Source of the DNA: Escherichia phage EcWhh-1
Sequence record: MH791409.1
Direction: 5' to 3' (one strand)
DNA: 64,000 nt
The notes below the pieces were generated by a model. That model had not been told where the DNA came from. It did no database searches and worked only from the letters and a program-made list of their open reading frames with translations. Of this stretch, positions 1 through 8,995 are shown piece after piece; the first letter of the stretch is position 1, and each line of letters begins with the position of its first letter. The translations under genes were made by a program, and so were the position numbers.

Positions 1-8
1 GCCCTTAA

Positions 9-170
9 TTAGTTGCTTGAATCGACTCTATAAACTTGACCACGGGTTTGGTAAACTTCGCCGTCCCATGTTTCAACTGTGATAGTAACGTACTCGGCAA
101 AAAGAGGACGTGTATCTGTCCAGAGATAACCATATTCACCTGTGACGAGCGTAACCCAGTACTTTCTCAT
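9..170 (-). CDS. hypothetical small protein, 53 aa
   Basis: Below ORF-track cutoff. ATG at 170 with AGGAG 5 nt upstream, TAA at 9-11. MRKYWVTLVTGEYGYLWTD... First gene downstream of gene 39. Confidence 0.45.
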   Translation of the reverse strand: MRKYWVTLVTGEYGYLWTDTRPLFAEYVTITVETWDGEVYQTRGQVYRVDSSN

Positions 171-184
171 AAAGTCTCCTTTTA

Positions 185-204
185 TACGGTACTCATGTAC
201 CGTA
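185..204 (-). other. perfect 8-bp hairpin just after gene 39 stop
   Basis: tacggtac-tcat-gtaccgta. No U-run follows on the minus strand, so this is an RNA stability or processing hairpin rather than a clear terminator. Confidence 0.4.
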
Positions 205-212
205 CGTATTTA

Positions 213-2033
213 TTATGACATCCAAGCCTTACGCAGCTGTGGGTCGTTTCCAAGGAGCATTTCGAACTGGTCTTTCCAATCTTCAGGTAATTGAACTACA
301 TCGAATTTAGGGTCTTGAATCATTCGACGGTATTCAGCCTTCTCAAGAGAACCGAGTCCTTTAATATAACGAATAGAATGCTTAGGTAGAGAGTCCTTAG
401 CTTTGGTATAACTAGGTACATCATAGAACCATTCCTGTTCTTTACCAACCTGAGCAATGATTACAGGAGTCTTACAGAAACGAATTCGTCCCTGTTCAAA
501 CAATTCCGGCCACTGACTAAAGAAAGCTAATAACGAAGGATAAATCGAACCAGTACCATCCACATCGGCGTCAGTCATGATAGCGATATTACGATAGTTG
601 GTTTTATCTGCAGGTTCACCAATAACCAGTCCAGTGATTGCACAGATATCAAACAATTCTTTGTTCTTCATGATATCGGCAGCAGTCATACCCCAGGTAT
701 TCATAACCTTTCCGCGTAACGGATAACCACCTTGGAGGTCTTTATTACGAACTTCAATGAAAGGACCCATTGCAGAATCACCTTCCGTAAGGAATAAAGT
801 CGTATCAGCATCTTTGCCATACATATTGGCTTTAATATGCTTATGGACCTTGGCTTTCAAAGCTTTCTTAGCAGCTTTTGTTTCGGCAGCCTTTTCAGCA
901 GCGAGCTTACGTGCTAATGCAGCCTCAATAATAGGCATCAACACAGCTTCATTAGCTAATATGGATTTAGCTAGTTTTTTAGAATCTAACTGAATATGCG
1001 AACGAATTTCACCATACGGCGATGTTAGACGTTCTTTAGTCTGGGAATCGAATCGCATATTTTTCATGCTTCGCACAAACATCAGCATCGTTAAACATTC
1101 TTTAATACGGGCTTTGGTTACTTCAATTTTAAACTTACGCTTAATTTGTGGGATAAGCTCGTCACAAATATCATCCATAACACATTCAACGTGGTGACCA
1201 CCGTTTTTAGTATGAATATTGTTCACGTACGTTAATTGTCGGAATCCATCAGGAGAGCGTCCTATAGATATCGAACAATTGTCCTGTTCTTGGATAATGC
1301 ACTCTTCGTCGAACTGTTTGGCGTATTTTTTAAACGACCCTTGGATTTTCTTACCATTAAATTTAAATTCAATATCAGGATAAATGACTGCTAAGGTTTG
1401 AAGTCGGTCAATGGTAATATCTTGATAAATTTTTTCAAATTGGTTCATTTCAAAGTGGCTAAAATCAGGTACAAATTCTACTTTGGTTCCATTAGTTTTA
1501 GATGGCTTTGATTTCCAAGAAACGTTTTCAGCGTTATTAGAGCAGTTAACAATAAGTTCAGATTTACCATCAGAAGTTGTGCCTGTAAACATCACAGAGA
1601 ATATATTTGTTAAACTGGAACCGACACCGTTTTGACCACCGGTAACACGTTCAGAGTCATCACCAAAGTTACCGCCTGCCTTGGTTTTTGTCCAAGCCGC
1701 GACGGGTCCTGGGATTTCTTCACCTTCAGGAGTAACCACTAGAGCTTGAGGAATACCACGGCCATTATCTTCTACAGTAACCTTATTAGAACTTAAATCA
1801 ATGCTTACTGAAATTTTGTTGGCAAACTTAAAATTAGTACGAATAGCTTCATCAACTGAGTTATCGATGATTTCATCAACTAATTTAAGAACACCCGCTA
1901 CATACCGTACTTTGGTAAACTCGCCGAAAAGAAATCGTTCATGGTCTTCAAATGATACACTTCCGATGTACATTCCAGGACGCTTAAGAACGTGTTCCTT
2001 ATCTGAAAGCATTTCAATTTTATTATCAATCAT
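213..2033 (-). CDS. 39: DNA topoisomerase II large subunit, uninterrupted gp39+gp60 type
   Basis: 606 aa. GHKL ATPase blocks (IIDNSVDEA, GQNGVGSS) and Toprim blocks (LTEGDSA, MTDADVDG). The C-terminal part, which T4 encodes as separate gp60, is in frame here. T4 synteny. Confidence 0.93.
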   Translation of the reverse strand: MIDNKIEMLSDKEHVLKRPGMYIGSVSFEDHERFLFGEFTKVRYVAGVLKLVDEIIDNSVDEAIRTNFKFANKISVSIDLSSNKVTVEDNGRGIPQALVVTPEGEEIPGPVAAWTKTKAGGNFGDDSERVTGGQNGVGSSLTNIFSVMFTGTTSDGKSELIVNCSNNAENVSWKSKPSKTNGTKVEFVPDFSHFEMNQFEKIYQDITIDRLQTLAVIYPDIEFKFNGKKIQGSFKKYAKQFDEECIIQEQDNCSISIGRSPDGFRQLTYVNNIHTKNGGHHVECVMDDICDELIPQIKRKFKIEVTKARIKECLTMLMFVRSMKNMRFDSQTKERLTSPYGEIRSHIQLDSKKLAKSILANEAVLMPIIEAALARKLAAEKAAETKAAKKALKAKVHKHIKANMYGKDADTTLFLTEGDSAMGPFIEVRNKDLQGGYPLRGKVMNTWGMTAADIMKNKELFDICAITGLVIGEPADKTNYRNIAIMTDADVDGTGSIYPSLLAFFSQWPELFEQGRIRFCKTPVIIAQVGKEQEWFYDVPSYTKAKDSLPKHSIRYIKGLGSLEKAEYRRMIQDPKFDVVQLPEDWKDQFEMLLGNDPQLRKAWMS

Positions 2034-2703
2034 TATGTTTTCTCTCGAATTGTTTTAAAATATTTTTATAGGACCCTTCAGGAAATCCACGTTTAATACT
2101 TTCTTTCATGAATTTAGCCAGTTTAGGTTTATCTAATTCTAACCATAAATCTTCTAAAGCGGATTCATATTCCCAAACAGGGCTTTTACGATTTTTAAGA
2201 CCGCATTTGATTAAGGCCTCGTCTGTATGTTTCTTACCAAAGAAAGGGTTGTTTTCTTTAGCCATTGCTTTGGAATGTTCAGGGCGTTTAATCCCATACA
2301 TAGGGTTAAGTTCACCTAATTTAAGGCCTGATTGGATTTTTATAGTTTCATGAGAATGATGTTTGTTAAAGAAAGGATTGTTTTCTTTACTAACGTCGGA
2401 GCCGAAAAATCCTTTAGGTGCTGCAGTTGCTCTATTAAAAAATAAATCAGATTTAGCCGCATTATTAAGGACTTGATACTTATACTCCGCTTTAGTAGCT
2501 TCTTCTCTTGTCTCGAATTCTTCAACTATCAAACTATCGAAAAGCTCAGGATGGGCAGCCAATTCAGACTTGTAAATCTCTTGGTACTTTTTAGATTTTA
2601 CGGAGCCGTGGTATCCGTTTAAATGTTTTTCTAGGCTAGTCGAACCTATATAAAATGGAGGTAATTTGTCTCCGGAATAAATCGTCAAGTAAACTATAAA
2701 CAT
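2026..2703 (-). CDS. GIY-YIG homing endonuclease (Seg-like, free-standing)
   Basis: 225 aa. N-terminal GIY-YIG (IVYLTIY...FYIGST). Repeated NNPFF(N/G)KKH and NPMYG NUMOD3-like repeats. Stop overlaps the gene 39 start by 8 nt. Confidence 0.8.
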   Translation of the reverse strand: MFIVYLTIYSGDKLPPFYIGSTSLEKHLNGYHGSVKSKKYQEIYKSELAAHPELFDSLIVEEFETREEATKAEYKYQVLNNAAKSDLFFNRATAAPKGFFGSDVSKENNPFFNKHHSHETIKIQSGLKLGELNPMYGIKRPEHSKAMAKENNPFFGKKHTDEALIKCGLKNRKSPVWEYESALEDLWLELDKPKLAKFMKESIKRGFPEGSYKNILKQFERKHND

Positions 2704-2726
2704 ACATCCTCCTTTAATTTATGAAG

Positions 2727-2756
2727 ATTATATCATGGCTTTATTGGAGCGTAAAC
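2727..2756 (-). promoter_or_regulatory. early-type promoter for the GIY-YIG gene
   Basis: Minus strand: GTTTAC (2756-2751), 18-nt spacer, TATAAT (2732-2727) preceded by TGa. AGGAGG SD before ATG 2703. Confidence 0.6.
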
Positions 2757-2777
2757 AAAAAAAGGGCCGAAGCCCTT
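2757..2777 (-). terminator. rho-independent terminator after lipoprotein gene
   Basis: Minus-strand RNA AAGGGC-UUCG-GCCCUU followed by a U7 run. Overlaps the stop codon at 2776-2778. Confidence 0.7.
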
Positions 2778-3036
2778 ATTCGAATCGAATAGTAGAGTTT
2801 TTAAACAGTAATCCTGAGCACACGGTACCCTTAACAGTTTTACCTGTAGGACCTACAGCAATGAATCCTGTACGTTGGAAGTCATCTTCAGAACATCCAA
2901 ACAAGCTATAACCTGTGATTTGGACCTGATCGAACCCGTTTGCATTCAAAACTTTAACAGCATTATCAGCATCAGTACAACCAACCAACGAAACTGCTAG
3001 TACAAGAGCCGCAATAGAACGATTAACATATTTCAT
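2776..3036 (-). CDS. predicted lipoprotein, 86 aa
   Basis: Signal peptide plus lipobox: MKYVNRSIAALVLAVSLVG|C. Confidence 0.6.
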   Translation of the reverse strand: MKYVNRSIAALVLAVSLVGCTDADNAVKVLNANGFDQVQITGYSLFGCSEDDFQRTGFIAVGPTGKTVKGTVCSGLLFKNSTIRFE

Positions 3037-3042
3037 AATTTC

Positions 3043-3219
3043 TCACTTAGTTAGCAGGTCATAGAACCCGCCGTTAACATGTTTAGGAGCTGAAACTAGC
3101 CGAACAGCCGGCCGATGGCAATCAGGGCAAACATCATTATCTCTTTCAGAGATTTTCTTGATTTTTTCGTATTCTTTTGCACAGTCTTCGGATTGGCATT
3201 TGTAATCATAAAGTGGCAT
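3043..3219 (-). CDS. FmdB-like CxxC...CxxC zinc-ribbon protein, 58 aa
   Basis: Below track cutoff. MPLYDYKCQSEDCAKEYEK...CPDCHRPAVRL. AAGGAA SD. ATG at 3219 follows the upstream stop (3221-3223). Confidence 0.55.
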   Translation of the reverse strand: MPLYDYKCQSEDCAKEYEKIKKISERDNDVCPDCHRPAVRLVSAPKHVNGGFYDLLTK

Positions 3220-3220
3220 A

Positions 3221-3658
3221 TTATTCCTTAAAGTGCGCTTTCAGCATCTGGTAAACAGTCCAGGCTTCAGAATTATTAGAGATAGTGATTTTAGTCAAAG
3301 GGAAATCACTCGGTTCAGATGGGGCTGCATCTTCAGACTGGTCTTCGTCTTCAGAAAAACCATCTTCGGCCCATTCGTCTTCACTGTCAACTACAACCAT
3401 TTCCGTAAAGAATTTACGCTCGCTTGGATATAAAACCATATCAATGTTATCACCATAAGCCAAGTCCACGTTCATCACATAACCTGCCGCTAATCTAACA
3501 GGGCAAAACCCTTCAGCATTGACAATAATATCGGCTAAGCTAGAATTATCAGGATTCCTAATATTATGGGCATTCAGCTTACGGAATTCAGCTTCTGCAG
3601 CGTCATCTTTAAAATAGTACCATTTACCTTTTTCAAATTCGAGTTCTTGATTAAGCAT
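3221..3658 (-). CDS. hypothetical acidic protein, 145 aa
   Basis: Start moved to ATG 3658 (GGAAGGAAAC SD; ATGCTTAA overlap with the upstream stop). Acidic tract SEDEWAEDGFSEDEDQSEDAAPSE. Confidence 0.55.
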   Translation of the reverse strand: MLNQELEFEKGKWYYFKDDAAEAEFRKLNAHNIRNPDNSSLADIIVNAEGFCPVRLAAGYVMNVDLAYGDNIDMVLYPSERKFFTEMVVVDSEDEWAEDGFSEDEDQSEDAAPSEPSDFPLTKITISNNSEAWTVYQMLKAHFKE

Positions 3659-3869
3659 TGTAAGTTTCCTTCCAGAAGTCGGTGCCTTCAGCAGTGATTT
3701 CACGGAACACTGCATAGATAGGGTTTTTATCACCTTGATTTTCGTATACATAAACCGACGATAAATGAGAAAACGTATCAGAATGTTCCTTTTGAACCAC
3801 GATTAAATCAGGGTTGAACAGAACATCTTCAAATTCTTCACGAGTCGAGTTCACAGTAACTTTAGCCAT
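3651..3869 (-). CDS. hypothetical protein, 72 aa
   Basis: Coding-strand ORF with GAGAGGAAAA SD and its own promoter-like element upstream. Confidence 0.5.
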   Translation of the reverse strand: MAKVTVNSTREEFEDVLFNPDLIVVQKEHSDTFSHLSSVYVYENQGDKNPIYAVFREITAEGTDFWKETYNA

Positions 3870-3900
3870 TTTATTTTCCTCTCATTTGTTGATAGGGTAA

Positions 3901-3930
3901 ATAGTATCACTACCCTACCGTATTGTATAC
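3901..3930 (-). promoter_or_regulatory. early-type promoter (weaker match)
   Basis: GTATAC (3930-3925), 18 nt, TACTAT (3906-3901), then the conserved ...CCCTATCAAC leader. Confidence 0.4.
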
Positions 3931-3943
3931 TATTTTTTAAACT

Positions 3944-4510
3944 TTATGCACGGTGAATGTTAGCATATTCAACAATAAAGCTTTCAGGAACAACCTTAAA
4001 GGTTCCAAGGAACACGATGTTATAGAGCTTAACGCCACCTTCAACCCACTGGTCTGTGATGTAACCAGACATGCTACTGGTTTCGTAAGTACCAAAAGGT
4101 TCGTCAACATATTTGAACGGTTTAGGAGTATTAAAACACACTCCTCGACCTAATTTCCATTTGAAATCAACGCCAACATGGGACTGGTCGATAGTTTCAA
4201 CGTCTTGAGCTACTACGCCACGGATATCATTGCTTTCACATACATACCCATCATGGGATTCAACTTCTTCAACTACAGGAGCGATGTACCCGGTAAATTC
4301 AGTCGATTCCAAGAATTTAGCACGCACATAACCGAATTGAGTTTCAGTCTGGCGATTTTTAGGAATGATACGAACTTTTACTTCATAATTTTCTTCACTG
4401 ACACCTTCTTTAAGTTGGATGCTAACAACTTCAACTAAACTGCCCGCAGCTTTTGAACGAGACTTTTTGGATACACGAACGATACTGCCGATATCGGAAA
4501 TAGTAATCAT
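3944..4510 (-). CDS. hypothetical protein, 188 aa (paralogue of 4584-5132)
   Basis: C-terminal block GYITDQWVEGGVKLYNIVFLGTFKVVPESF matches GWVTDQWIEDGVELLNVVHAGDFSIVPRSA of the neighbouring gene. Confidence 0.6.
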   Translation of the reverse strand: MITISDIGSIVRVSKKSRSKAAGSLVEVVSIQLKEGVSEENYEVKVRIIPKNRQTETQFGYVRAKFLESTEFTGYIAPVVEEVESHDGYVCESNDIRGVVAQDVETIDQSHVGVDFKWKLGRGVCFNTPKPFKYVDEPFGTYETSSMSGYITDQWVEGGVKLYNIVFLGTFKVVPESFIVEYANIHRA

Positions 4511-4552
4511 AATTTTTCTCTCTTGGTTAAAGGTTTATAATCCATGAGAGCC

Positions 4553-4581
4553 ATTATAACATGGCTCTCGATAAAGTAAAC
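4553..4581 (-). promoter_or_regulatory. early-type promoter
   Basis: GTTTAC (4581-4576), 17 nt, TATAAT (4558-4553) with an upstream TGt. Confidence 0.6.
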
Positions 4582-4583
4582 TA

Positions 4584-5132
4584 TTAATTCAATACGTTAA
4601 CCACTGCACTACGAGGTACTATGCTAAAATCACCAGCATGTACAACGTTCAGGAGTTCAACACCATCTTCAATCCACTGGTCTGTTACCCAACCACAGAT
4701 AGGATTATCAAAAGGACGACGGATAGCCACAGCAGCACACAACAGGTCGGTAGGGCCTTGTTCTTCAACTTCTTGGAACAGGATGAACTCATCTTCATAA
4801 ACCAGGTTTTTCTCTATTTTGTTATTATCTAACCGGCGACCGTGGATGACGTAAGATTTGTCAAACCACTCACTTTTGGCGAATTCTTCAACAATAAATT
4901 CGCCTTCGCCAAAAACATCAGTCAGAGTTTTATAACCAGAAATCAAGGCCTTAGTTTTAATTTCAGGTTCAACCAGTTTGTAGGTTTTGCCGATTTCGAT
5001 AGTCTGAGTAGTCATAGTGGTTTCCTTAATTTCCAGTGGTTTAACAGGGCATACATAAGTGCTTAAAACATCAAAATCAATCAGTTTAGCTGCCGGATTC
5101 GGGGTGTATTTAGGGTTGTAATTAAATTTCAT
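4584..5132 (-). CDS. hypothetical protein, 182 aa (paralogue of 3944-4510)
   Basis: ATGA overlap with the upstream stop at 5129-5132. An alternative start is ATG 5015 (AAGGAAAC SD, MTTQTIEIGK), which aligns with the paralogue's N-terminus MITISDIGS. Confidence 0.55.
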   Translation of the reverse strand: MKFNYNPKYTPNPAAKLIDFDVLSTYVCPVKPLEIKETTMTTQTIEIGKTYKLVEPEIKTKALISGYKTLTDVFGEGEFIVEEFAKSEWFDKSYVIHGRRLDNNKIEKNLVYEDEFILFQEVEEQGPTDLLCAAVAIRRPFDNPICGWVTDQWIEDGVELLNVVHAGDFSIVPRSAVVNVLN

Positions 5133-5638
5133 ATTGTTCTCAATTCAATAAAATCTACGAGTTCGGCATAGGATTTGCGGAACATTACTTGGCGGCCACC
5201 AATGACAACCTCATCTTCAGGTATTTCGTAAACAGCAAGATAGAATCCTTTAGAAGATAATTCTTTACGCTCTTCACGAGTGAACCAGCGCATCATATCA
5301 TACTCACTGGCAAAAGCAAAATGGTAGAGGTTAACAAACCAGCCTGGAATATAATCGTCGCAGCCTTCATAATCAGGTCGTTTCCACTTAGTTCTAATGG
5401 TTTTATTAGAATTTTCTACCAGCAACTTATCTTGACTTGGTAGTGGGATATTTTTATTAATGCTATGATGATGTCTAAAAATAGGTCTGTCTAAACCTAC
5501 TTCTAATAACCAGCCTTCACTCCATGAGTCTGTTGTACTTCTATACGGGGTCATTTGGGTACAGAGGTCTCGTCGTATTGTGATAGCGTTTCCATCATCT
5601 AAGATACTGAACGATGACTCAACTCGATAAATTTTCAT
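5129..5638 (-). CDS. hypothetical protein, 169 aa
   Basis: GAGGAG SD and an early promoter upstream. No domain recognised. Confidence 0.55.
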   Translation of the reverse strand: MKIYRVESSFSILDDGNAITIRRDLCTQMTPYRSTTDSWSEGWLLEVGLDRPIFRHHHSINKNIPLPSQDKLLVENSNKTIRTKWKRPDYEGCDDYIPGWFVNLYHFAFASEYDMMRWFTREERKELSSKGFYLAVYEIPEDEVVIGGRQVMFRKSYAELVDFIELRTI

Positions 5639-5665
5639 TTTGTTCTCCTCATGTTGATAGGGTAG

Positions 5666-5694
5666 ATAATATCATGTCATGAGGAGAAGTAAAC
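5666..5694 (-). promoter_or_regulatory. early-type promoter
   Basis: GTTTAC (5694-5689), 17 nt, TATTAT (5671-5666), leader ...CCCTATCAAC, GAGGAG SD. Confidence 0.6.
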
Positions 5695-5698
5695 ACTT

Positions 5699-6373
5699 TT
5701 ATCGATTTTTTACACTTAATGGGTCTGGATTCTCAGGAACATCTTCCAGGTTTAAAGCATATCGTTGGGCATATTTCAGCATCAAGATATCCTTAGCACA
5801 GTCATGGATAGAGTCATGGGCTACAAAGCCATTCAATGTTCCGTTAGGCAGAGGGCACATGCTTAATCCACGCGTCAGTGAATAGGCTTCAATGGCCGTG
5901 CGGATATCACGTTGGTTCCAGAATTTAACCGGTTCCAACTTAGTGGTATCGATTTCGTTCTCAGGAACACCTTCAGAACGATAAGCATCGCGAATAAGGT
6001 CCACTAAGATTGGAAAGTCAAAGGACATTCCGCGGCACCACATCTGCGATTTCCATTGGTCCACTTCGTTTTTACGGCAGTATTCCAGGAAATTACCAAT
6101 GCCGATAGAAGTACTCACATCAATTTCGGACGGAGCCAGGTTTTTACGTGCTTCGGGTCCTTGTTCTTTCCACCACTGCAATGTGCTTTTAGAGAACAGA
6201 CGTTTATCGCGTTGAGAAGCCAAATCGAATTTAATACGAAGGCCACGTTGAGTAAGCTCTTCAAACGATTCTACTACCTCTGGATTAGGGTCATAAGCAA
6301 TTACGGCGAGGTCGATAACTGCTGCATTTTGGGTAGTGGCAAAGGTTTCGAAGTCAATAATTATATCTTTCAT
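5699..6373 (-). CDS. dexA: exonuclease A (DEDDh 3'-5' exonuclease)
   Basis: 224 aa. Exo I IIDFET, Exo III HDSIHDCAKD. Lies immediately downstream of dda as in T4. Confidence 0.8.
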   Translation of the reverse strand: MKDIIIDFETFATTQNAAVIDLAVIAYDPNPEVVESFEELTQRGLRIKFDLASQRDKRLFSKSTLQWWKEQGPEARKNLAPSEIDVSTSIGIGNFLEYCRKNEVDQWKSQMWCRGMSFDFPILVDLIRDAYRSEGVPENEIDTTKLEPVKFWNQRDIRTAIEAYSLTRGLSMCPLPNGTLNGFVAHDSIHDCAKDILMLKYAQRYALNLEDVPENPDPLSVKNR

Positions 6374-6609
6374 TTAACGTACCTCATAAGGTCTCGGATT
6401 TGGCCAACAGTATAGTCTTCAATATAAACCGAAGAGATATTGTCGTCCATCAGTTTTTGCACTGCAATAAAATCACTTTCAATCTCTTTAAGTGAATGCA
6501 AGACCTTATGAGCCTTGCCACGGATATTTGTATCGTCTGGGTTGACCTTAATAATATATTCCGTCTCGAATTTCAACTTATAAAATTGGTCTTTAGTTAC
6601 TTTAATCAT
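6370..6609 (-). CDS. hypothetical protein, 79 aa
   Basis: Start moved to ATG 6609 (TGAGGAAAAT ATG right after the dda stop). 4-nt overlap with the dexA start. Confidence 0.5.
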   Translation of the reverse strand: MIKVTKDQFYKLKFETEYIIKVNPDDTNIRGKAHKVLHSLKEIESDFIAVQKLMDDNISSVYIEDYTVGQIRDLMRYVK

Positions 6610-6616
6610 ATTTTCC

Positions 6617-7948
6617 TCAAACATAATAGGCATCAGTACGAGCACGGGTAATACTAACATAAGCCAGCTGTGAAGCTAAATTGGCATCTGCCATGTGCAT
6701 GCACGGAGTATAGATGAAACTGTTTTGGACAGTAAGACCCTGTGATTTATGAACAGTGCTCACCGGAAGAGCTCGAACCTTAGTGAACATTCGCTTAGCT
6801 TTCCAGAAATCAGCCCACTTAGGTTTCTTACCAGTTCCACGCATAGCCTTGTACTCAGTAGCCACCTTAGCCAAGAAATAATGGAACTTCTCAACTGAAG
6901 CCTCATCAATAACTTTCAAGTGTTCTACATAGTACTCGTCATCCTCATCAACAGATTCAACCTGGAGGTCCCAGTAATTAATCATCTGGCGAGTGCCTAC
7001 ATCCTTGGCAGACAAGAACAATGAGGTGTGGTTCACATCTAAAATACGAACCATCTGGCCGTTATTAAAAATGGTTTCAGAGAATTTCTTACCGTCGTAT
7101 TCAAGTTCCTTAATAAAAGGCTCTTGCATCACGAGGATTTCGCCCTTGATATAAGGCGCATCGGTTTCATAAAGCTTTTTACGAATAATACTATTCAGTT
7201 TTTCAACTGATTTATTTGTATAAGCAAACATCCTATTCTCAAACAAGGCATCGGCATCTTTTACGATGGAAAAATAATTCATCATAAAATCTTTTAAAGC
7301 CGTTTGAGATTTAAAACCATGGACACCGTGACCTTCGAATATACAATCTCGGAACCATCCACCATTACGGATTTCAGTAGCAACCTCAATGATGGGAGCA
7401 TTACTACGCATTACTTCAGTAAGGTGCAGCTGTTTAATTTTAGGATGAGTAAAGAATGGAGACAACTGAGGGCTTCCATCACTTCCTGGTTCTACAGGTT
7501 GTAACTGTGCTCGGTCGCCAATCCCTAGTACAGTGCACCATGGTGGAACCGAAGCTTCGATAATCTTAAACAGCTTGCCGTCAATCATTGAGCCTTCGTC
7601 GACCACAAGAACATTACATTTGCTCAAGTCAGGAGCTTCACGTTGTTCAAAAATATCCTGGTCTTCGTATGTAGTCGGGTTAATCTTTAAGATTCGGTGG
7701 ATTGTCGATGCTTCTTGGCCTGCGAGTTTCGACAATACCTTCTTGGCCGCGTGTGTAGGTGCGGTCAAAATAACTCCGAGTTCGCCATTCTTGACTAAGT
7801 GGTCAAGGATAAATTTAGTAAGGGTCGTTTTACCTGTACCCGCAGGACCATTCAATGTAATCCATTCGCCCTTACGTCGTTTAATAGCTTCAATGATTTC
7901 TTTAAAGGCCGTCCGTTGCCCAATATTCAAGTCTTCAAATGTAATCAT
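6617..7948 (-). CDS. dda: Dda SF1B DNA helicase
   Basis: 443 aa. Near-colinear with T4 Dda as I recall it (INGPAGTGKTT Walker A, STIHRILKINP, SNAPIIEVATEIRNG, ALPVSTVHKSQG). Confidence 0.95.
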   Translation of the reverse strand: MITFEDLNIGQRTAFKEIIEAIKRRKGEWITLNGPAGTGKTTLTKFILDHLVKNGELGVILTAPTHAAKKVLSKLAGQEASTIHRILKINPTTYEDQDIFEQREAPDLSKCNVLVVDEGSMIDGKLFKIIEASVPPWCTVLGIGDRAQLQPVEPGSDGSPQLSPFFTHPKIKQLHLTEVMRSNAPIIEVATEIRNGGWFRDCIFEGHGVHGFKSQTALKDFMMNYFSIVKDADALFENRMFAYTNKSVEKLNSIIRKKLYETDAPYIKGEILVMQEPFIKELEYDGKKFSETIFNNGQMVRILDVNHTSLFLSAKDVGTRQMINYWDLQVESVDEDDEYYVEHLKVIDEASVEKFHYFLAKVATEYKAMRGTGKKPKWADFWKAKRMFTKVRALPVSTVHKSQGLTVQNSFIYTPCMHMADANLASQLAYVSITRARTDAYYV

Positions 7949-8244
7949 GCCAATTTTACTCGCTTAACATATAAAGTATCTAAAATCAATTTTAATTCTC
8001 GGGCCCGTTCTTTGGTAGGAAAAACTGTTTTAGTTTCCCACTTATCAAACCACCACTTTCTTGGCGTGCACACTGTTTCAAGGCGTCCAAGCCGAAGATA
8101 TCTTTTTGTTGAGATTTCATAAGCCTCTAAAGCAGTGTCAGCCCCAATCTTTGTCGAATACAAAGTCACTTCACCGGCATCTTCTAACGGAATTTCATAC
8201 CCGTCTTTGTCCTTGTGAACCAATACGTATGCATAGTACATCAC
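7945..8244 (-). CDS. hypothetical protein, 99 aa
   Basis: Coding-strand ORF with a 4-nt overlap onto the dda start. Occupies the dda.1 position. Confidence 0.5.
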   Translation of the reverse strand: MMYYAYVLVHKDKDGYEIPLEDAGEVTLYSTKIGADTALEAYEISTKRYLRLGRLETVCTPRKWWFDKWETKTVFPTKERARELKLILDTLYVKRVKLA

Positions 8245-8245
8245 G

Positions 8246-8995
8246 TTAACCTCTAATCAGTGAAAAAATTGAAGCATTCAGCGGAAGACCTTTTTTCAAC
8301 TTCAATTTGTCAATAAAAGAAAGGTGTTCTAAACGCTCCAGACCTTGAATAATTTTATCATACATATCGTAACGCGTTTCTGCTTCAGACAATTTAAACT
8401 TGACACGCCAGTCAGGTCCACCAATTAAAGATTTAAGACCTTTTTCCATAGTACCGATTGAAGCATTAGAACCGTGGATACGGGCCTTAACTGCGATAAC
8501 AGAAGGAGTCTTATCAGTAGCTCCTGATTTAATAAGGTCTTTAAGACGTTTTTCACGTTTTTTAAGACCTCTTTGGGTATCTTTTATATTTTTAACGATT
8601 TTACGGATTTTATAATAATTATCAGGGGTAACTTTAAAACTATTAGGCATTTTAGAACTACCTGAAATACGAACTGCTAAACGAGTCTGAGCACGTTTCA
8701 GTTCATCAAGGGACAAATCGGCACGTAAGCTGTTATACTTAACTTTAACTGGGATTACATTACCCTCAATATAGCCGATATCGTTGTTAAAACGTTCAAA
8801 TGAAATCTTATCATTAACTGAATTTTCATCAAAGTACTCGCCTGAATAAGCGCACACTTTTTGTTCGAGAAGTCTACGAACATATTTACTAGACAGATTG
8901 AAGTCCTTACCACGTTTATAAGCAGAAGCTTTGGTGTGTTTGCGGCGGTTGTAAACCTTTAACTCAAATTCATCGTTAGTTTTAATAGTAGGCAT
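8246..8995 (-). CDS. Srd-position protein, 249 aa (possible Srd homologue)
   Basis: The size and the slot between modA and dda match T4 srd. That assignment rests on synteny and size only. Central block CAYSGEYF...SFERFNNDIGYIEGNVIPV is noted. Confidence 0.4.
   Translation of the reverse strand: MPTIKTNDEFELKVYNRRKHTKASAYKRGKDFNLSSKYVRRLLEQKVCAYSGEYFDENSVNDKISFERFNNDIGYIEGNVIPVKVKYNSLRADLSLDELKRAQTRLAVRISGSSKMPNSFKVTPDNYYKIRKIVKNIKDTQRGLKKREKRLKDLIKSGATDKTPSVIAVKARIHGSNASIGTMEKGLKSLIGGPDWRVKFKLSEAETRYDMYDKIIQGLERLEHLSFIDKLKLKKGLPLNASIFSLIRG

Noticed and set aside
36-218. Plus-strand track ORFs throughout the window, for example 36-218, 757-993, 7533-7967, 12569-12982, 14450-14782, 15890-16321, 21248-21682, 35832-36227, 54599-54994 and 61286-41.
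   Set aside because: They lie antisense to well-supported minus-strand genes. Many start with TTG or GTG, none has an SD, and their composition is that of shadow frames. Only 13215-13415 was kept.
8246-8995. Reading of the 249-aa protein as an HNH/His-Me-finger homing endonuclease (block SFERFNNDIGYIEGNV).
   Set aside because: No catalytic His-containing HNH core could be identified by eye. Its size and position match T4 srd. It is left as a Srd-position protein pending a profile search.
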